The translations under genes and the position numbers were made by a program. From NCBI GenBank assembly GCA_027923505.1, contig BROI01000008.1, forward strand, positions 434,001 through 498,000: 64,000 bases of DNA, written 5' to 3'. A model generated the notes under the pieces. The model had not been told where the DNA came from, did not search any database, and worked only from the letters and a program-made list of their open reading frames with translations. This document shows positions 63,954 to 64,000 of this stretch, in pieces. Numbering within the stretch: position 1 is the stretch's first letter; every line of letters starts with the position of its first letter. Source of the stretch: Mayamaea pseudoterrestris (taxonomy: Eukaryota).

Positions 63954-64000
63954 AAAGTATGTTGTCTTTAGAAGCAAGCAGTAAGTATTTGTAATCAATA

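Noticed and set aside
1..64000. tRNA, rRNA, riboswitch or telomeric repeats
   Set aside because: None was recognisable by eye. A covariance-model scan would be needed to exclude small ncRNAs.

Overview
Eukaryotic nuclear DNA, most likely from a diatom. This is inferred from the very compact genes, short GT-AG introns (63-216 nt), signal peptide plus ASAFAP-like plastid-targeting N-termini, and a diatom-type (CoDi-like) Ty1/copia element. Positions 1 to ~52.4 kb are gene-dense, with about 32 mostly housekeeping genes. These include adenosine deaminase, NAD synthetase, WEE1, RPL31, MON1, a SEC23-like gene, eIF3e, VPS16, a hemerythrin-CHY-RING BRUTUS-like E3 ligase, threonine aldolase, L2HGDH, SirB, GPN2, a USP and a RluA-family enzyme. 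After ~52.7 kb the sequence changes abruptly to CpG-depleted repeats: a ~169-bp tandem array with an internal palindrome and a decayed 144-bp PSxx coding repeat. A full-length 8.3-kb copia LTR retrotransposon (54630-62924) with identical 387-bp LTRs has recently inserted into the PSxx repeat. This element is the most unusual object in the window. Its termini are AG...CT rather than TG...CA. Its Gag ORF carries a ~450-aa extension with tandem SIM-like motifs, an internal signal-peptide-like segment ending ADA/FAP, a transmembrane segment and an Arg-rich tail. Pol lies in the +1 frame. All gene names come from motif recognition by eye. No database searches were run, so novelty claims are unverified.
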